Shown: positions 1 to 11,719 of the stretch, piece by piece
Position numbering within the stretch: position 1 is the stretch's first letter
Layout of the letters: each line of letters begins with the position of its first letter
Assembly: GCF_006345805.1 (NCBI RefSeq)
Contig: NC_043025.1
Location: forward strand, 4,464,001 to 4,528,000
Direction: 5' to 3'
From: Octopus sinensis
Lineage: Eukaryota
Length of the DNA: 64,000 nucleotides
Program-made: the position numbers and the translations under genes
Notes under the pieces: model-generated
Told to the model about the DNA's origin: nothing
What the model saw: the letters and a program-made list of their open reading frames with translations, nothing else
The model's database searches: none

Positions 1-597
1 GTGACTAAGGTTTGGTGGAAGATTTTAATTCAAAACTTATGTAAACAAAATATTTGTACAACAGAGCCAGAGGTGGTTTCAACCAGGTTGGTATCAAAAG
101 GGTTTAAAATATCATGGGGACTTGAACCCTTTTGTTACCATATTTCTGTTGAGATGCTCTGTGTTTCTTTCAATTACTTTAAATATAACAAAGAATTTAG
201 TAAAATAACTTGGTTATCATTCAGCTAGTGTTAGGAACATAAATTGTGACTAAGGTTTGGTGGAAGATTTTAATTCAAAACTTATGTAAACAAAATATTT
301 GTACAACAGAGCCAGAGGTGGTTTCAACCAGGTTGGTATCAAAAGGGTTAAAAATATCATGGTGACTTTAACCCTTTTGTTACCATATTTCTGTTGAGAT
401 GCTCTGTGTTTCTTTCAATTAATTTTAAATATAAGAAAGAATTTAGTAAAATAACTTAGTTATCATTAAGCTAGTGTTAGGAACATAAATTGTGACTAAG
501 GTTTGGTGGAAGATTTTAAATGAAAACTCATGAAAACAAGACATTTGTACTACAGAACCAGAGGTGGTTTTAGCCAGGTTGGTATCGAAAGGGTTAA
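1..597. mobile_element. Tandem array of about 222-bp piggyBac-like MITEs (2 full copies, 1 partial)
   Basis: Copies 127-347 and 372-593 have CCCTTTTGTTACCA...TGGTATC(A/G)AAAGGG inverted ends; the last copy has TTAA on both sides; period about 246 bp. Confidence 0.65.
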
Positions 598-1333
598 GCA
601 TCTTAGAGGCATCAGATGAACCAAACTTGGACATGAGTGGGTGCTACCACCACAAATATATTTATAAATATATGCTTTGCTCCCTATGGAGCATAGACCA
701 TTGATGAGTTTTCTTCACTGTTTTTGACTCTGGGTTGTCTTCAAGGCCTTCTTCTCCCAGGGATTGTTGTTTTCGAATTATTTTTAATGCTTCTGTAGCA
801 TTGCTTTCCTCTAGGTAGGGGTTCTCACTTAACACATATCTATTTTTACCTCTAGGATAGGGTAGGTAATAGTCTGACCTCTACCATTTGATCTATCAAG
901 TATGAAACGCCCTACCACACAGCTTGTGCTCTGCTGGTAGAGCTCTTGGGGTCACTGAGGAACACTCTGGGCTATTTTTAAGGCCTTCTTCTCCCAACTC
1001 CTGTTGGTTTTGCATTGTCATCAAAGCATACATAACTTTTTTTCTCAGAAGGTGTGGTGGCCCCATGTAAACCCCTTTTTTCTACTTCTGGCAACAGGTG
1101 CTCTATATTAGTCTGGTCTGTATCCTTTGACCAGTCCAACATGGGAGGCCCTACCACAGGAGATTGTGCTCTGCTAGCTCAGCTCTTAGAGTCACTGAGG
1201 CCCACAAGCCACCAACTTCAACAAGGACGGGACCTTGCAGTGTGGCATGGTACTGTACAGAGGCACCAAAAGATCAGAATAGCAGTCGATTTGAAGATAA
1301 GGGGATGAAAAGAAAAACAATTAAAATAAATCT

Positions 1334-1745
1334 GAGTGGCTGTGTGGTAAGTAGCTTGCTAACCAACCACATGGTTCCGGGTTCAGTCCCACTGCGTGGC
1401 ATCTTGGGCAAGTGTCTTCTGCTATAGCCCCGGACCGACCAATGCCTTGTGAGTGGATTTGGTAGACGGAAACTGAAAGAAGCCCGTCGTATATATGTAT
1501 ATATATGTGTGTGTGTGTGTGTGTTTGTGTGTCTATGTCTGTGTCTGTCCCCCTAGCATTGCTTGACAACCGATGCTGGTGTGTTTAGATCCCCGTAACT
1601 TAGCGGTTTGGCAAAAGAGACCGATAGAATAAGTACTGGGCTTACAAAGAATAAGTACCGGGGTCGATTTGCTCAACTAAAGGCGGTGCTCCAGCATGGC
1701 CGCAGTCAAATGACTGAAACAAGTAAAAGAGTAAAAGAGTAAAGA
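1334..1745 (+). mobile_element. tRNA-derived SINE family A
   Basis: A-box TGGCTGTGTGG, B-box GGTTCAGTCCC, internal (TA)n/(TG)n, tail (GAGTAAAA)n; about 20 near-identical copies in the window. Confidence 0.85.
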
Positions 1746-1778
1746 AATATTTTGAAAAACGGAAGCAATTCTACTAAC

Positions 1779-1874
1779 CACAAGCACGGCCACAGAGACC
1801 ATCAAGAGCGTCAACCTCTTTCATCAAGTGTCCTTTACCAATTCCACCAAATGAAGGATTACAAGACATGGCCC
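1779..1874 (-). CDS. MTO1: MTO1 second coding exon ([32 protein letters not shown])
   Basis: Diagnostic GidA motif [15 protein letters not shown]; ttatag acceptor, gttagt donor, phase 1-1; later exons lie left of the window. Confidence 0.95.
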
Positions 1875-2535
1875 CTATAAAATAAAATAAAAAAACAAAA
1901 AAAAAAAACAAAACAAACAGGAATAAATAAAACTCAAAAAAATATAAAAAGGTCTCTGTCTCTCTCACTTTTCTCTCGTTATATATTTACCTGTCGTGGA
2001 GTTGCAATCAGCACCGCCACCACCATCACTACTCCCTATATAACACTGCCACCACCACCACCACCACCATCATCACAACTCTCATTGCCATCATCTATGC
2101 CGCCACTACCATCACAACAATCACTATCACTACCACCTACACAACTATCAACATCACCAATCACCACCACCACCACCACCACAACCACCACCACCACCAC
2201 TACCACAACCACCACCACCACAACCACCACCACCACCACCACCACAACCACAACCACAATCACCACCACCACCGCACAATCACCACCAACACCACCACAA
2301 CCACCACCACCCCACAACCACTACAACCACCAAAACCACAACCACCAACACAACCACCACCACCAATCACCACCACCACCACCACCACCACAACCACCAC
2401 CACAATCACCACCACAACCACAACCACCAAAACCACAACCACCACCACAACTACAACCACAACTACAACCACCACAACCACTAAAACCACCACCACCACC
2501 ACAACTACAACCACTGCCACCACCCTGATACTCAC

Positions 2536-2803
2536 CAATTGTCTCTATCTTGTGGGTCAACAACAGGGTATCTGCACCCATCCTGGCAGCAGCATGTGCA
2601 GCCTCGGCCCCAGCATGTCCTCCTCCAACAACGATGACATCATAGCTTGCAGTGGAACAGCGTCGGCACTGTGACTGTAACCCTTTCCATGGACGGGTCG
2701 TTGAGTTCAGTTGGGAGTATTTCAAGTGGAAAGGGAACAGGTTCAAATGGTGACATCTCCAGGCATGCAGGAATCGCATTTTCCTGAAAAAAACCAAAGA
2801 CAT
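2536..2803 (-). CDS. MTO1: MTO1 (mitochondrial tRNA translation optimization 1, GidA/MnmG family), first coding exon
   Basis: Basic, Arg-rich presequence-like N-terminus followed by [32 protein letters not shown] (FAD-binding Rossmann motif); gtgagt donor, phase 1. The start could be the second Met near 2779. Confidence 0.93.
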
Positions 2804-2869
2804 ATTCTTTATATGTGTGTGTGTATGTATGTATATATGTATGCGTATATGTATATATATATATATATA

Positions 2870-3150
2870 TATATCATGTGATCACGTGACCGACCAGACT
2901 ATCAGATGTTGCTACACATCGCTGGTCACAATGCGTCTGCATTGTTTTAGCCTTCGAATGACGCCACCCCGCTGGCTAAGCGAGCAGGCAAACAGAAGAA
3001 AGAGTGGTGGAAGAGTACAGCAGGGATCACCCCCACCCCCTGCCGGAGCCTCGTGGAGCTTTTAGGTGTTTATGCTCAATAAACACACAACACCCGGTCT
3101 GGGAATCGAAACCACGATCCTCCGACCGCGAGTCCGCTGCCCTAACCACT
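2870..3150 (-). mobile_element. tRNA-derived SINE family D variant
   Basis: Head GTGGTTAGGGCAGCGGACTCGCGGTCGGAGGATCGTGGTTTCGATTCCC shared with 24865-25397; tail shared with 38885-39150. Confidence 0.75.
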
Positions 3151-3209
3151 ATATATATATATATATATTATATATATATATATATATCTATATATATATA
3201 TATCTGAAC

Positions 3210-3495
3210 GTGATCAATGCCAGTGCCCCCTGACTGGCTCCCATTCCAATGGCACATAAAAAGCACTACCTGAACACGGTCGATGCCAGGGCCACTTGAC
3301 TGGCTCCTGTGCCGGTGGTACATAAAAAGCACCCACTACACTCTCAGAGTGGTTGGCGTTAGGAAGGGCATCCAGCTGTAGAATCTCTGCCAGATACAGA
3401 TTGGAGCCTGGTGCAGCCGCCTGGCTTTCCAGACCCCAGTTGAACCGTCCAACCCATGCTAGCATGGAAAACGGAGTTTAAACGATGATGATGAT
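3210..3495 (+). mobile_element. Family B: 5'-truncated RTE-LINE 3' tail
   Basis: GAGTGGTTGGCGTTAGGAAGGGCATCCAGC...CCAACCCATGCTAGCATGGAAA...(GAT)n. Confidence 0.75.
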
Positions 3496-3603
3496 ATTTG
3501 TCTCCACCACCATCGCTTGACAGCCGATCTTGGGGTGTTTACGGTTCCTGTAACATAGCGGTTCGGCAAAATGGTTCGATAAAATATGTACTAGGCTTGC
3601 AAA

Positions 3604-3770
3604 GGCGCAGGAGTGGCTGTGTGGTAAGTAGCTTGTTTACGAACCACATGGTTCCGGGTTCAGTCCCATTGCGTGGCACCTTGGGTAAGTGTCTTCTACT
3701 ATAGCCTCGGGCCGACCAAAGCCTTGTGAGTGGATTTGGTAGAGGGAAACTGAAAGAAGCCCGTCGTATG

Positions 3771-3806
<36 letters not shown>

Positions 3807-3990
3807 ACCCTAGCATTGCTTGACAACCGATGCTGATGTGTTTACATCACCGTAACTTAGTGGTTCGGCAAAAGCGACCGATAAAATAAGTACTAGGCTT
3901 ACAAAGAATAAGTCCTGGGGTCGATTTGCTCGACTAAAGGCGGTGCTGCAGCATGGCCGCAGTCAAATGACTGAAACAAGCAAAACAGTA
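3604..3990 (+). mobile_element. SINE family A
   Basis: Full GGCGCAGGAGTGGCTG head to tail. Confidence 0.85.
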
Positions 3991-4049
3991 AATAGTAATA
4001 GTGTAGAGTAAAAGACTGTGAAATTTTGTTTCGAAGGTTAACCCTGATA

Positions 4050-4432
4050 TACTCTTATTCTTTTACTTGTTTCAGTCATTTGACTGCGGCCATGCTGGAG
4101 CACCGCCTTTAGTCGAGCAACTCGATCCCGGGACTTATTCTTTTTTGCAAGCCCAGTACTTATTCTATCGGTCTCTTTTGTCGAACCGCTAAGTGACGGG
4201 GACGTAAACACACACCAGCATCGGTTGTCAAGCAATGCTAGGGAGACAAACACACACACGCATATATATACATATATACGATGGGCTTCTTTCAGTTTCC
4301 GTCTACCAAATCCGCTTTGGTCGGCCCGAGGCTATAGTAGAAGACACTCGCCCAAGGTGCCACGCTGTGGGACTGAACCCAGAACCATGTGGTTGGTAAA
4401 CAAGCTACTTACCACACAGCCACTCCTGCGCT
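4050..4432 (-). mobile_element. SINE family A
   Basis: Reverse-complement copy. Confidence 0.85.
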
Positions 4433-4924
4433 ATATAGGAGATATTTGAACAAGAATATCCCATTTGTGACCATACCCGTTTTTATTCAGTCTTTGTGTA
4501 TCTAGGACTACATTACTGAATGTGTCTTTGTCTTGTTTAAGACAGTTGTAAGTGGTTTGGGGAACGTTTGGCTGTTATTTCTAAAAAGACGCATTGGTGC
4601 GTTCAGACGTTGTAAGGGAGATAACTCTATTTTGTTACGATAACTGTTTAGCCCCAGGTCAGCACTGATCCTGTAGACATTATCCTGCAGAAATAGCAGA
4701 GCTTTCCAGTTATGGGCAAACTGCGGACCGTGGCATGCCTAACGAAAAATGACCTTAAATTTTTATTAGCCCCAGGGCTAAATTTTAAGCCTGGTACTTA
4801 TTCTATGGGGGGAATTGACCTCTTTCGTTGAACCGCTCAGTTACGACGGGACGCAATTGTTGACAAGCGATGTGGTGGAAGGACAAAGACACACAAGGCT
4901 GTGTGTTCGAATCACGTCGAGGTC

Positions 4925-5150
4925 CTGGCAGAAACGTTAGCACGCCGGGCGAAATGCTTAGCGGTATTTCGTCTGCCGTTACGTTCTGAGTTCAAATTCC
5001 GCCGAGGTCGACTTTGCCTTTCATCCTTTCGAGGTCGATAAATTAAGTACCAGTTACGCACTGGGGTCGATATAATCGACTTAATACCTATGTCTGTCCT
5101 TGTTTGTCCCCTCTATGTTTAGCCCCTTGTGGGTAGTAAAGAAATAAATA
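4925..5150 (+). mobile_element. SINE family C (tRNA-like head, Nin/Deu-like body)
   Basis: GAGTTCAAATTCC B-box then GCCTTTCATCCTTTCGAGGTCGATAAATTAAGTACCAG; the resemblance to the Nin/Deu central domain is from recollection. Confidence 0.75.
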
Positions 5151-5467
5151 TTTTTACTTGTAAAATTTCTTCAAAAAATCCCCCACGCCACTTTTTTCAA
5201 ATGGCGGTGCCCCAGCATGGCCACAGCTCAAGAGCTGAAACTGGAAAACATAAAAACATAAACCAACCTCCTACACCCGGATATGTCTCCAACAATAATA
5301 ACTCCTTGCTAGAGTGGGCCATTGGTACCCCATATATGACTAAAAGACTTCACCAGGTGATGCTATCGAGTTAGACATGGCTTGGGCCTATACTGGCCGA
5401 AACCTATCAACGTTATGGAAATGGTACATCCTCAAAATAAGTCCTGGCGTCGATTTGCTCGACTAAA

Positions 5468-5559
5468 GGCGAAGGTAAAGAATACGTACACCACCTGTTT
5501 TCGGCGTAACAAAAACCCTGACCCATAACCACCGGGTATACGTATTCTTTACTTTCACC
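5468..5559. mobile_element. Small MITE-like hairpin (about 92 bp)
   Basis: GGCGAAGGTAAAGAATACGTACACC and GGGTATACGTATTCTTTACTTTCACC are near-perfect inverted repeats. Confidence 0.55.
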
Positions 5560-5611
5560 AATTTATTTCTTTTGCATTACAGTGTCACAGCCGTAACCTG
5601 AAACATAATTT

Positions 5612-6215
5612 TCTTCTTTATTACCCACAAGGGGCTAAACACAGAGAGGACAAACAAGGACAGACATAGGTATTAAGTCGATTACATCGACCCCAGTGCG
5701 TAACTGGTACTGAATTTATCGACCCCGAAAGGATGAAAGGCAAAGTCGACCTCGGCGGAATTTGAACTCAGAACGTAGAGGCAGACGAAATACCTATTTC
5801 TTTACTACCCACAAGGGGCTAAACACAGAGGGGACAAACAAGGACAGACATAGGTATTGAGTCGATTACATCGACCCCAGTGTGTAACTGGTACTGAATT
5901 TATCGACCTCGAAAGGATGAAAGGCAAAGTCGACCTCGGCGGAATTTGAACTCAGAACGTAGAGGCAGACGAAATACCTATTTCTTTACCACCCACAAGG
6001 GGCTAAAGACAGAGGGGATAAACAAGGACAGACATAGGTATTAAGTCGATTACATCAACCCTAGTGCATAACTGGTACTTAATTTATCGACCCCGAAAGG
6101 ATGAAAGGCAAAGTCGACCTCGGCGGAATTTGAACTTAGAACATAACGGCAGACGAAATACGGCTACGCATTTCGCCCGGCGTGCTAACGTTTCTGCCAG
6201 CTCGCCGCCTTCTGA
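5612..6215 (-). mobile_element. SINE family C, tandem array of about 3 units (about 182 bp)
   Basis: AAAGGATGAAAGGCAAAGTCGACCTCGGCGG recurs three times; only one head. Confidence 0.8.
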
Positions 6216-6489
6216 AACATAATTGAGAGCCACCACGGTACTCGCCAGGATAATATATCCCTCTAAATACACACACGCATACATGTGTGTGTGTGTGAGT
6301 GTGTAAGCCCTTCCGAATGCCAATCACACACACACATACACGCACTGGGTAAAAGTAATGTGTTTTTTAAGGCTTTTTAACCGGTATCAGTCAGCGAGGG
6401 CTTTCGTGCAGTGGGGCTTCTTCTGTCACTGGATCTACATGCGAAAATTATTAAATATCTAAATCGGATGCGTGCGTACGGGGGACAGA

Positions 6490-6526
6490 CAGACATATAG
6501 ATAGATAGGTAGACTGACAGACAGAC

Positions 6527-6601
<75 letters not shown>

Positions 6602-6649
6602 GATAAATAGATAGATAGGTGGACAGAGAGAGATAGATAGGTAAATAGA

Positions 6650-6689
<40 letters not shown>

Positions 6690-6770
6690 TAGATAGATAG
6701 ACAGACAGACAGAGATAAATAGATAGATAGGTGGACAGACAGACAGACAGACAGATAGATAGATAGACGG
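6490..6770. repeat. (AGAT)n/(AGAC)n microsatellite
   Basis: Direct reading. Confidence 0.95.
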
Positions 6771-6942
6771 ACTTCCACACAGTTTGTCTACTAGATTCAG
6801 TCACAATACTTTGGACGACCTGGGGCTACAATACGAAACACTTGCTCAAAGTGCCGGCTTCTTAACCACACAGCCTATAATATTAAATGTCAGTATACGA
6901 AGCATGTATGTATATCTGCGTACCTATGTGTGCGTGTGAATA

Positions 6943-6998
<56 letters not shown>

Positions 6999-7391
6999 AA
7001 ATAATTTGTTGAATTATGTATCTAAGCAACGACCTTCTATATGAAATAGAAGGGACCCTCTATATAAAATAGAAACTACGGCGGGGTATGTATATATATA
7101 TATATATATATATATTCTAAACTCACCAGAAGCGTGTATAAACTGGAAAGCAAACTCGCAGCTGACGAGAAGTTTGAGAAACACATGGGAAGGACAAAAA
7201 GAAAACAACACGGTGTTGATATAAATAATTCTCTGGTGTAGAACATTTCCAGTCACTCCTCGCTCGTTATTGTTTGGTCTTCGTCGAACAGACTTGCAAT
7301 CAAAGGCTCTCCAGCAGTGCCCACCTCATCTTGTTTTCGAGAATAGTGTATCTAGCTCTACGTTTTTCAGCATCTTCCTTTTTTTTTTTTT

Positions 7392-7805
7392 GGATCTTTT
7401 CGGTTTGAACGGCAGTTTTTTTTAATAATTTCCACGTAACTAAACACTTTTAAACTTCGTATACTGGTAGAATGTGTTTATAAAACATCTTTTTTCTCTT
7501 GGCTTTATTGAGAAAATTCTATAGTTTGTAAGATATTTGTTGTTTTTTTCTTCAATTTCTGCAATTTCAACCAATCAACGACCTCCATTGAGGTAAAAAA
7601 AACATTCTGTGCCATATGAATATGTCCCTCGTTTAAGAAACAGATTGGGTTTATTTACATTTGTGAAGAAAAAAAGATACCCTTCCCCCCACCCCTAACC
7701 CTAAAACAAATTGAAATGCAATAGATCGATTCTAGGGTCATAATTATGGGTGACAATTTCATATGACACAGCTAGAAAAAACTGCCGTTCAAACCGAAAA
7801 GATCC
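7392..7805. mobile_element. MITE, about 414 bp, with about 30-bp TIRs
   Basis: GGATCTTTTCGGTTTGAACGGCAGTTTTT ... AAAAACTGCCGTTCAAACCGAAAAGATCC. Confidence 0.75.
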
Positions 7806-8474
7806 TTTATTAATTCAATGCAAATAGAGTCTTTTACTTAATGGCCCAAAGAGACACAAGCAAAACGGTAGGATTACAACCATTTTCAGCTTTTCCGTTT
7901 TTCGTCTCTGTGGTGTTAGCAGTGTCATGGGCTGTGATGAGCTATGTGGTGTTGGTGGAGAGGATGACAGATGAGGTCAAACTGAAAAGATCCTTTTTTT
8001 TTATAATAGGAGCGGGGAGGGCTCCTAAGTAAGTGCGCAAGTTATATATCTGGAACTGTGGTACTGGTATGGCGCACACAAAACTGTCTTACAATTGACA
8101 TTTGACAAGTCCCTTAACCCCTAGGGGTTCATTGGAGCGCTGCAGCTATGCAGCGTATCTAGGGCGAAAAAACTTGGCAGAGGCCATCCCTCACCAGGCT
8201 AAACTCATTTCTACAGTTGAGTGGACTGGAAAACGTAAAATGAAGTGCTTTGCTCCAGGACATAACGGATTGCTTGGTCCCGGGATCGAAACCACAATCT
8301 CATGGTCATGAATCCAACACCCTAACCACTAAGTGACACACCTCCACAAAGGTGAGGCTTCGTATCCAAGTATTTTTAAATGCCTTGTAATTCTCATATG
8401 CTAGGACATGACAACCTCCTAAGCAGACCGGGTGCAGATATGAACAGCATATGGGAACCGATATTAAGGAAGGA

Positions 8475-8900
8475 TAAGGCGGCGAACTGGCAGAAACATT
8501 AGCACGTCGGGCGAAATGCTTAGCGGTATTGCATCTGCCATTACGTTCTGAGTTCAAATTCCGCCGAGGTCGACTTTGCCTTTCATCCTTTCGGGGTTGA
8601 TTAAATAAGTACCAGTTACGCACTGGGGTCAATATAATCGACTTAATCCCTTTGTCTGTCCTTGTTTGTCCTCTCTGTGTTTAGCCCCTTGTGGGTAGTA
8701 AAGAAATAGGTATTTCGTCTGCTGTTACGTTCTGAGTTCAAATTCCGCCGAGGTAGACTTTGCCTTTCATCCTTTCGGGGTTGATTAAATAAGTACCAGT
8801 TACGCACTGGGGTCGATGTAATCGACTTAATACCTATGTCTGTCCTTGTTTGTCCCCTCTGTGTTTAGCCCCTTGTGGGCAATAAAGAAATAGGTATTAA
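8475..8900 (+). mobile_element. SINE family C, two tandem units
   Basis: Head at about 8475, body repeated from about 8710. Confidence 0.8.
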
Positions 8901-8959
8901 GGAAGGATAGGAAAATATTAGATTTATAAGCCCTAAAATTCACTCCATTATTGCCCACA

Positions 8960-9160
8960 GGCATATGGTGTAGTGGTTGAAAGCACGGGCTACTAACCCA
9001 AGATTCCGAGTTCAATTCCAGGCAGTGACCTGTATAACATTACATACATAACTCAACAACATACTTTAGGAATGATGAAGGCTGGAGGATATATCAGCCA
9101 AAATGTTGTGTTATATCAGCCATCAAATGTAAATAATGTACATAATTCCTCATCTCTTAG
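8960..9160 (+). mobile_element. SINE family E (decayed copy)
   Basis: tRNA-like head TGGTGTAGTGG...GAGTTCAATTCC plus a partially deleted hammerhead-like segment. Confidence 0.7.
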
Positions 9161-9311
9161 ATATAGAACTGTATTATCTTATCTGCTGTTGATGACTTTT
9201 TTGTCCAGCAGGATGAAAGCTTCTTCACCAATGGGACCCAAGTACCACAACACCGATGGAAGAAGTGGAGACTGCAAGGGGGACTATGCTGAAAAATAAA
9301 GTATATATATA

Positions 9312-10080
9312 GGCGCAGGAGTGGCTGTGTGGTAGGTAGCTTGTTTACCAACCACATGGTTCCGGGTTCATTCCCACTGCATGGCAGCTTGGTCAAGTGT
9401 CTTCTACTATAGCCTCGGGCCGACCAAAGCCTTGTCAGTGGATTTGGTAGACGGAAACTGGAAGAAGCCTGTCGTATATATGTACACTTGCGTCAGAAAT
9501 TAATTAGCACTTCTCAAATTTCTACATTAAATAGGTTAAATCAATTAACCTATGAGCTGTTCAAAACGTCTTACGCGATGAGAAAACTTAGTATGGTGTG
9601 ATTTCGGTCCTTGCGAGGTGCTACCTATATCTATTAAACAAAGGAAGATTTGTCTGCATCTGCACTCCAAGTTGTTGTTGCACTGCTATGTCAACATCAT
9701 AAGGCTGTAGACTCTCAAACTGCTCTGCAAACAAAGTTACGTCATCGTTCTGCGCAACAGTGAACTCGCAACAAAGCAATAGTTCGAGATATGGCCACTA
9801 GGTGACAGCACATACCTTGAGTGAAGAGCAAATCAAGGGTGCTAATTAATTTCTGACGGTAGTGTATGTGTGTGTATGTGTTTGCCCCCATACGATTGCT
9901 TGACAACCGATGCTGGTGTGTTTACGTCCCCGTAACTTAGTGGTTCAGCAAAAGAGACCGATAGAATAAGTACTAGGCTTACAAAGAATAAGTCCTGGGG
10001 GTCGATTTACTCGACTAGAAGGCGGTGCTCCAGCATGGCCGCAGTCCAATGACTGAAACAATTAAAAGAGTAAAAGAATA
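9312..10080 (+). mobile_element. SINE family A split by a Tc1/mariner-like MITE
   Basis: 5' half 9312-9482, 3' half 9867-10080. Confidence 0.8.
9485..9864. mobile_element. Tc1/mariner-like MITE (380 bp)
   Basis: TA|CACTTGCGTCAGAAATTAATTAGCAC ... GTGCTAATTAATTTCTGACGGTAGTG|TA. Confidence 0.75.
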
Positions 10081-10097
10081 TACACACACACACACAT

Positions 10098-10880
10098 CTA
10101 TAATAACTACTGAGTTCCTTAACTCTTTGGATCCTCCAGGAATGCCTTCTCCCAAAGCTGTGCAATGGAACAAGACTGACTGTCAGGCAATCGTATCCAC
10201 ATCTTTTGGAAGCAACAATCCTCACTGGACTAGGAAAGGGAGAAAATGTGTTTATTCCAAGAATTCCACTGATTTCAGCAGACATGTCCTTTAAATTCAA
10301 GACTCTTCAAATTCCAGTAAGAATTAGTTTTGCAATGTCAACTAACAGGCGCAGGAGTGGCTGTGTGGTAAGTAGCTTGCTAACCAACCACATGGTTCCG
10401 GGTTCAGTCCCACTGCGTGGCATCTTGGGCAAGTGTCTTCTGCTATAGCCCCGGGCCGACCAATGCCTTGTGAGTGGATTTGGTAGAGGGAAACTGAAAG
10501 AAGCCTGTCGTATATATGTATATATATGTATATGTGTGTGCGTTTGTGTGTCTGTGTTTGTCCCCCAAGCATTGCTTGACAACCGATGCTGGTGTGTTTA
10601 GGTCCCCGTCACTTAGCGGTTCGGCAAAAAGAGACCGTTAGAATAAGTACTAAAAGGTGGTGCTCCAGCATGGCCGCAGTCAAATGACTGAAACAAGTAA
10701 AAGAGTAAAAGAGTAAAAGAGTAACAAGAGCCAAAGGATAATCACTGAAAATTGTTGGACTTCACCTTATGCGTCAGTGCTTTCCTCATGGTGATCTCTA
10801 TGGTTGTTCCAGAGTTGGAAATGGCAACAATCACTTCGTACTCACACCAAATGGTAAAACTAAGAATATTGTTTAGCCTG
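10098..10880 (+). pseudogene. Helitron RepHel (PIF1-like helicase) C-terminal fossil, interrupted by a SINE
   Basis: Pieces EFLNSLDPPGMP, LCNGTRLTVRQSYPHLLEATILTGLGKGENVFIPRIPLISADMSFKFKTLQIPVRISFAMSTN, then after the SINE NKSQ.., SLKIVGLHLMRQCFPHGDLYGCSRVG..KTKNIV; frameshifts, a stop and an internal deletion. Confidence 0.85.
10348..10721 (+). mobile_element. SINE family A inserted in the Helitron helicase
   Basis: Flanked by TAACA at 10343-10347 and 10722-10726 (probable target-site duplication). Confidence 0.85.
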
Positions 10881-10934
10881 CTGATGCTTCACAGAGATCT
10901 CCAAATGCCACAGTGATACAAAATTCTCCATATA

Positions 10935-11320
10935 GGCATAGGAGTGGCTGTGTGGTAAGTAGCTTGCTTATGAACCACATAGTTCCAGGTTCAGTCCCAC
11001 TGTGTGGCACCTTGGGTAAATGTCTTCTACTATAGCCTCGGGCCGACCAAAGCCTTGTGAGTGAAAGAAGCCCGTCGTATATATGTATATATATATATAT
11101 ATATGTATGTGCGTGTTTGTGTGTCTGTGTTTGTTCCCCCAACATCACTTGACAACCGATGCCGGTGTGTTTACGTCCCCAAAACTTAGCAGTTCGGCAA
11201 AAGAGACCGATAGAATAAGTACTAGGCTTACAAAGAATAAGTCCTGGGGTTGATTTGATCGACTAAAGGCGGTGCTCCAGCATGGCCACAGTCACATGAC
11301 TGAAACAAGTAAAAGAGTAT
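10935..11320 (+). mobile_element. SINE family A
   Basis: Head to tail, small internal deletion. Confidence 0.8.
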
Positions 11321-11719
11321 ATGTGATCCTCTGTGATATAAATCTAAGATGGTAGGGTACCGATAAATGCTTTATTACTATTTATCCCCTTAGTTTTAGG
11401 CTGCACGCCCAATTAACCCTCCACAGGAAATAGCTTAAAAGTACAGCTTTTAAGCTAGTATACATACATACATATATATATATATATAATCAGTGTGCAT
11501 TCAAAGCGGTGATCAGTAATCTTACGAAACCAGTATGCTTTTGAATCTCTTTAACAATTCACAATAATGACTTTTATTACTTTTATTCCTACCTCAGTTC
11601 ATCTAATTGTATATATCTATCATTACTTTTCATAAAAAGCCTTTTCTTTTTTGATTTACAATTTCCATTTTCGCTTATTTTTCTTCTTACTTTCCCATAT
11701 ATATATTACAGTTGTACAT

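Noticed and set aside
600-1320. Possible MTO1 exon 3
   Set aside because: No minus-strand frame resembling the expected continuation (..KVLN..KGPAVWG..RAQ); the region looks like old repeat fragments with a local duplication.
2036-2528. Poly-Thr/Pro/Val ORFs, and similar poly-residue ORFs at 21883, 28423, 33907, 41936, 51063, 58636 and 61593
   Set aside because: Microsatellites lacking stop codons; the real exons end at GT donors before these tracts.
7155-7300. CTGACGAG..GAAAC (plus) and TTCGACGAAGACC (minus) partial hammerhead cores; also CTGATGA at about 39815
   Set aside because: No complementary stem II adjacent to a GAAA.
7930-7990. GTGATGA ... CTGA resembling a C/D-box snoRNA
   Set aside because: No terminal stem, no recognisable rRNA guide, and not in an evident intron; too weak to call.
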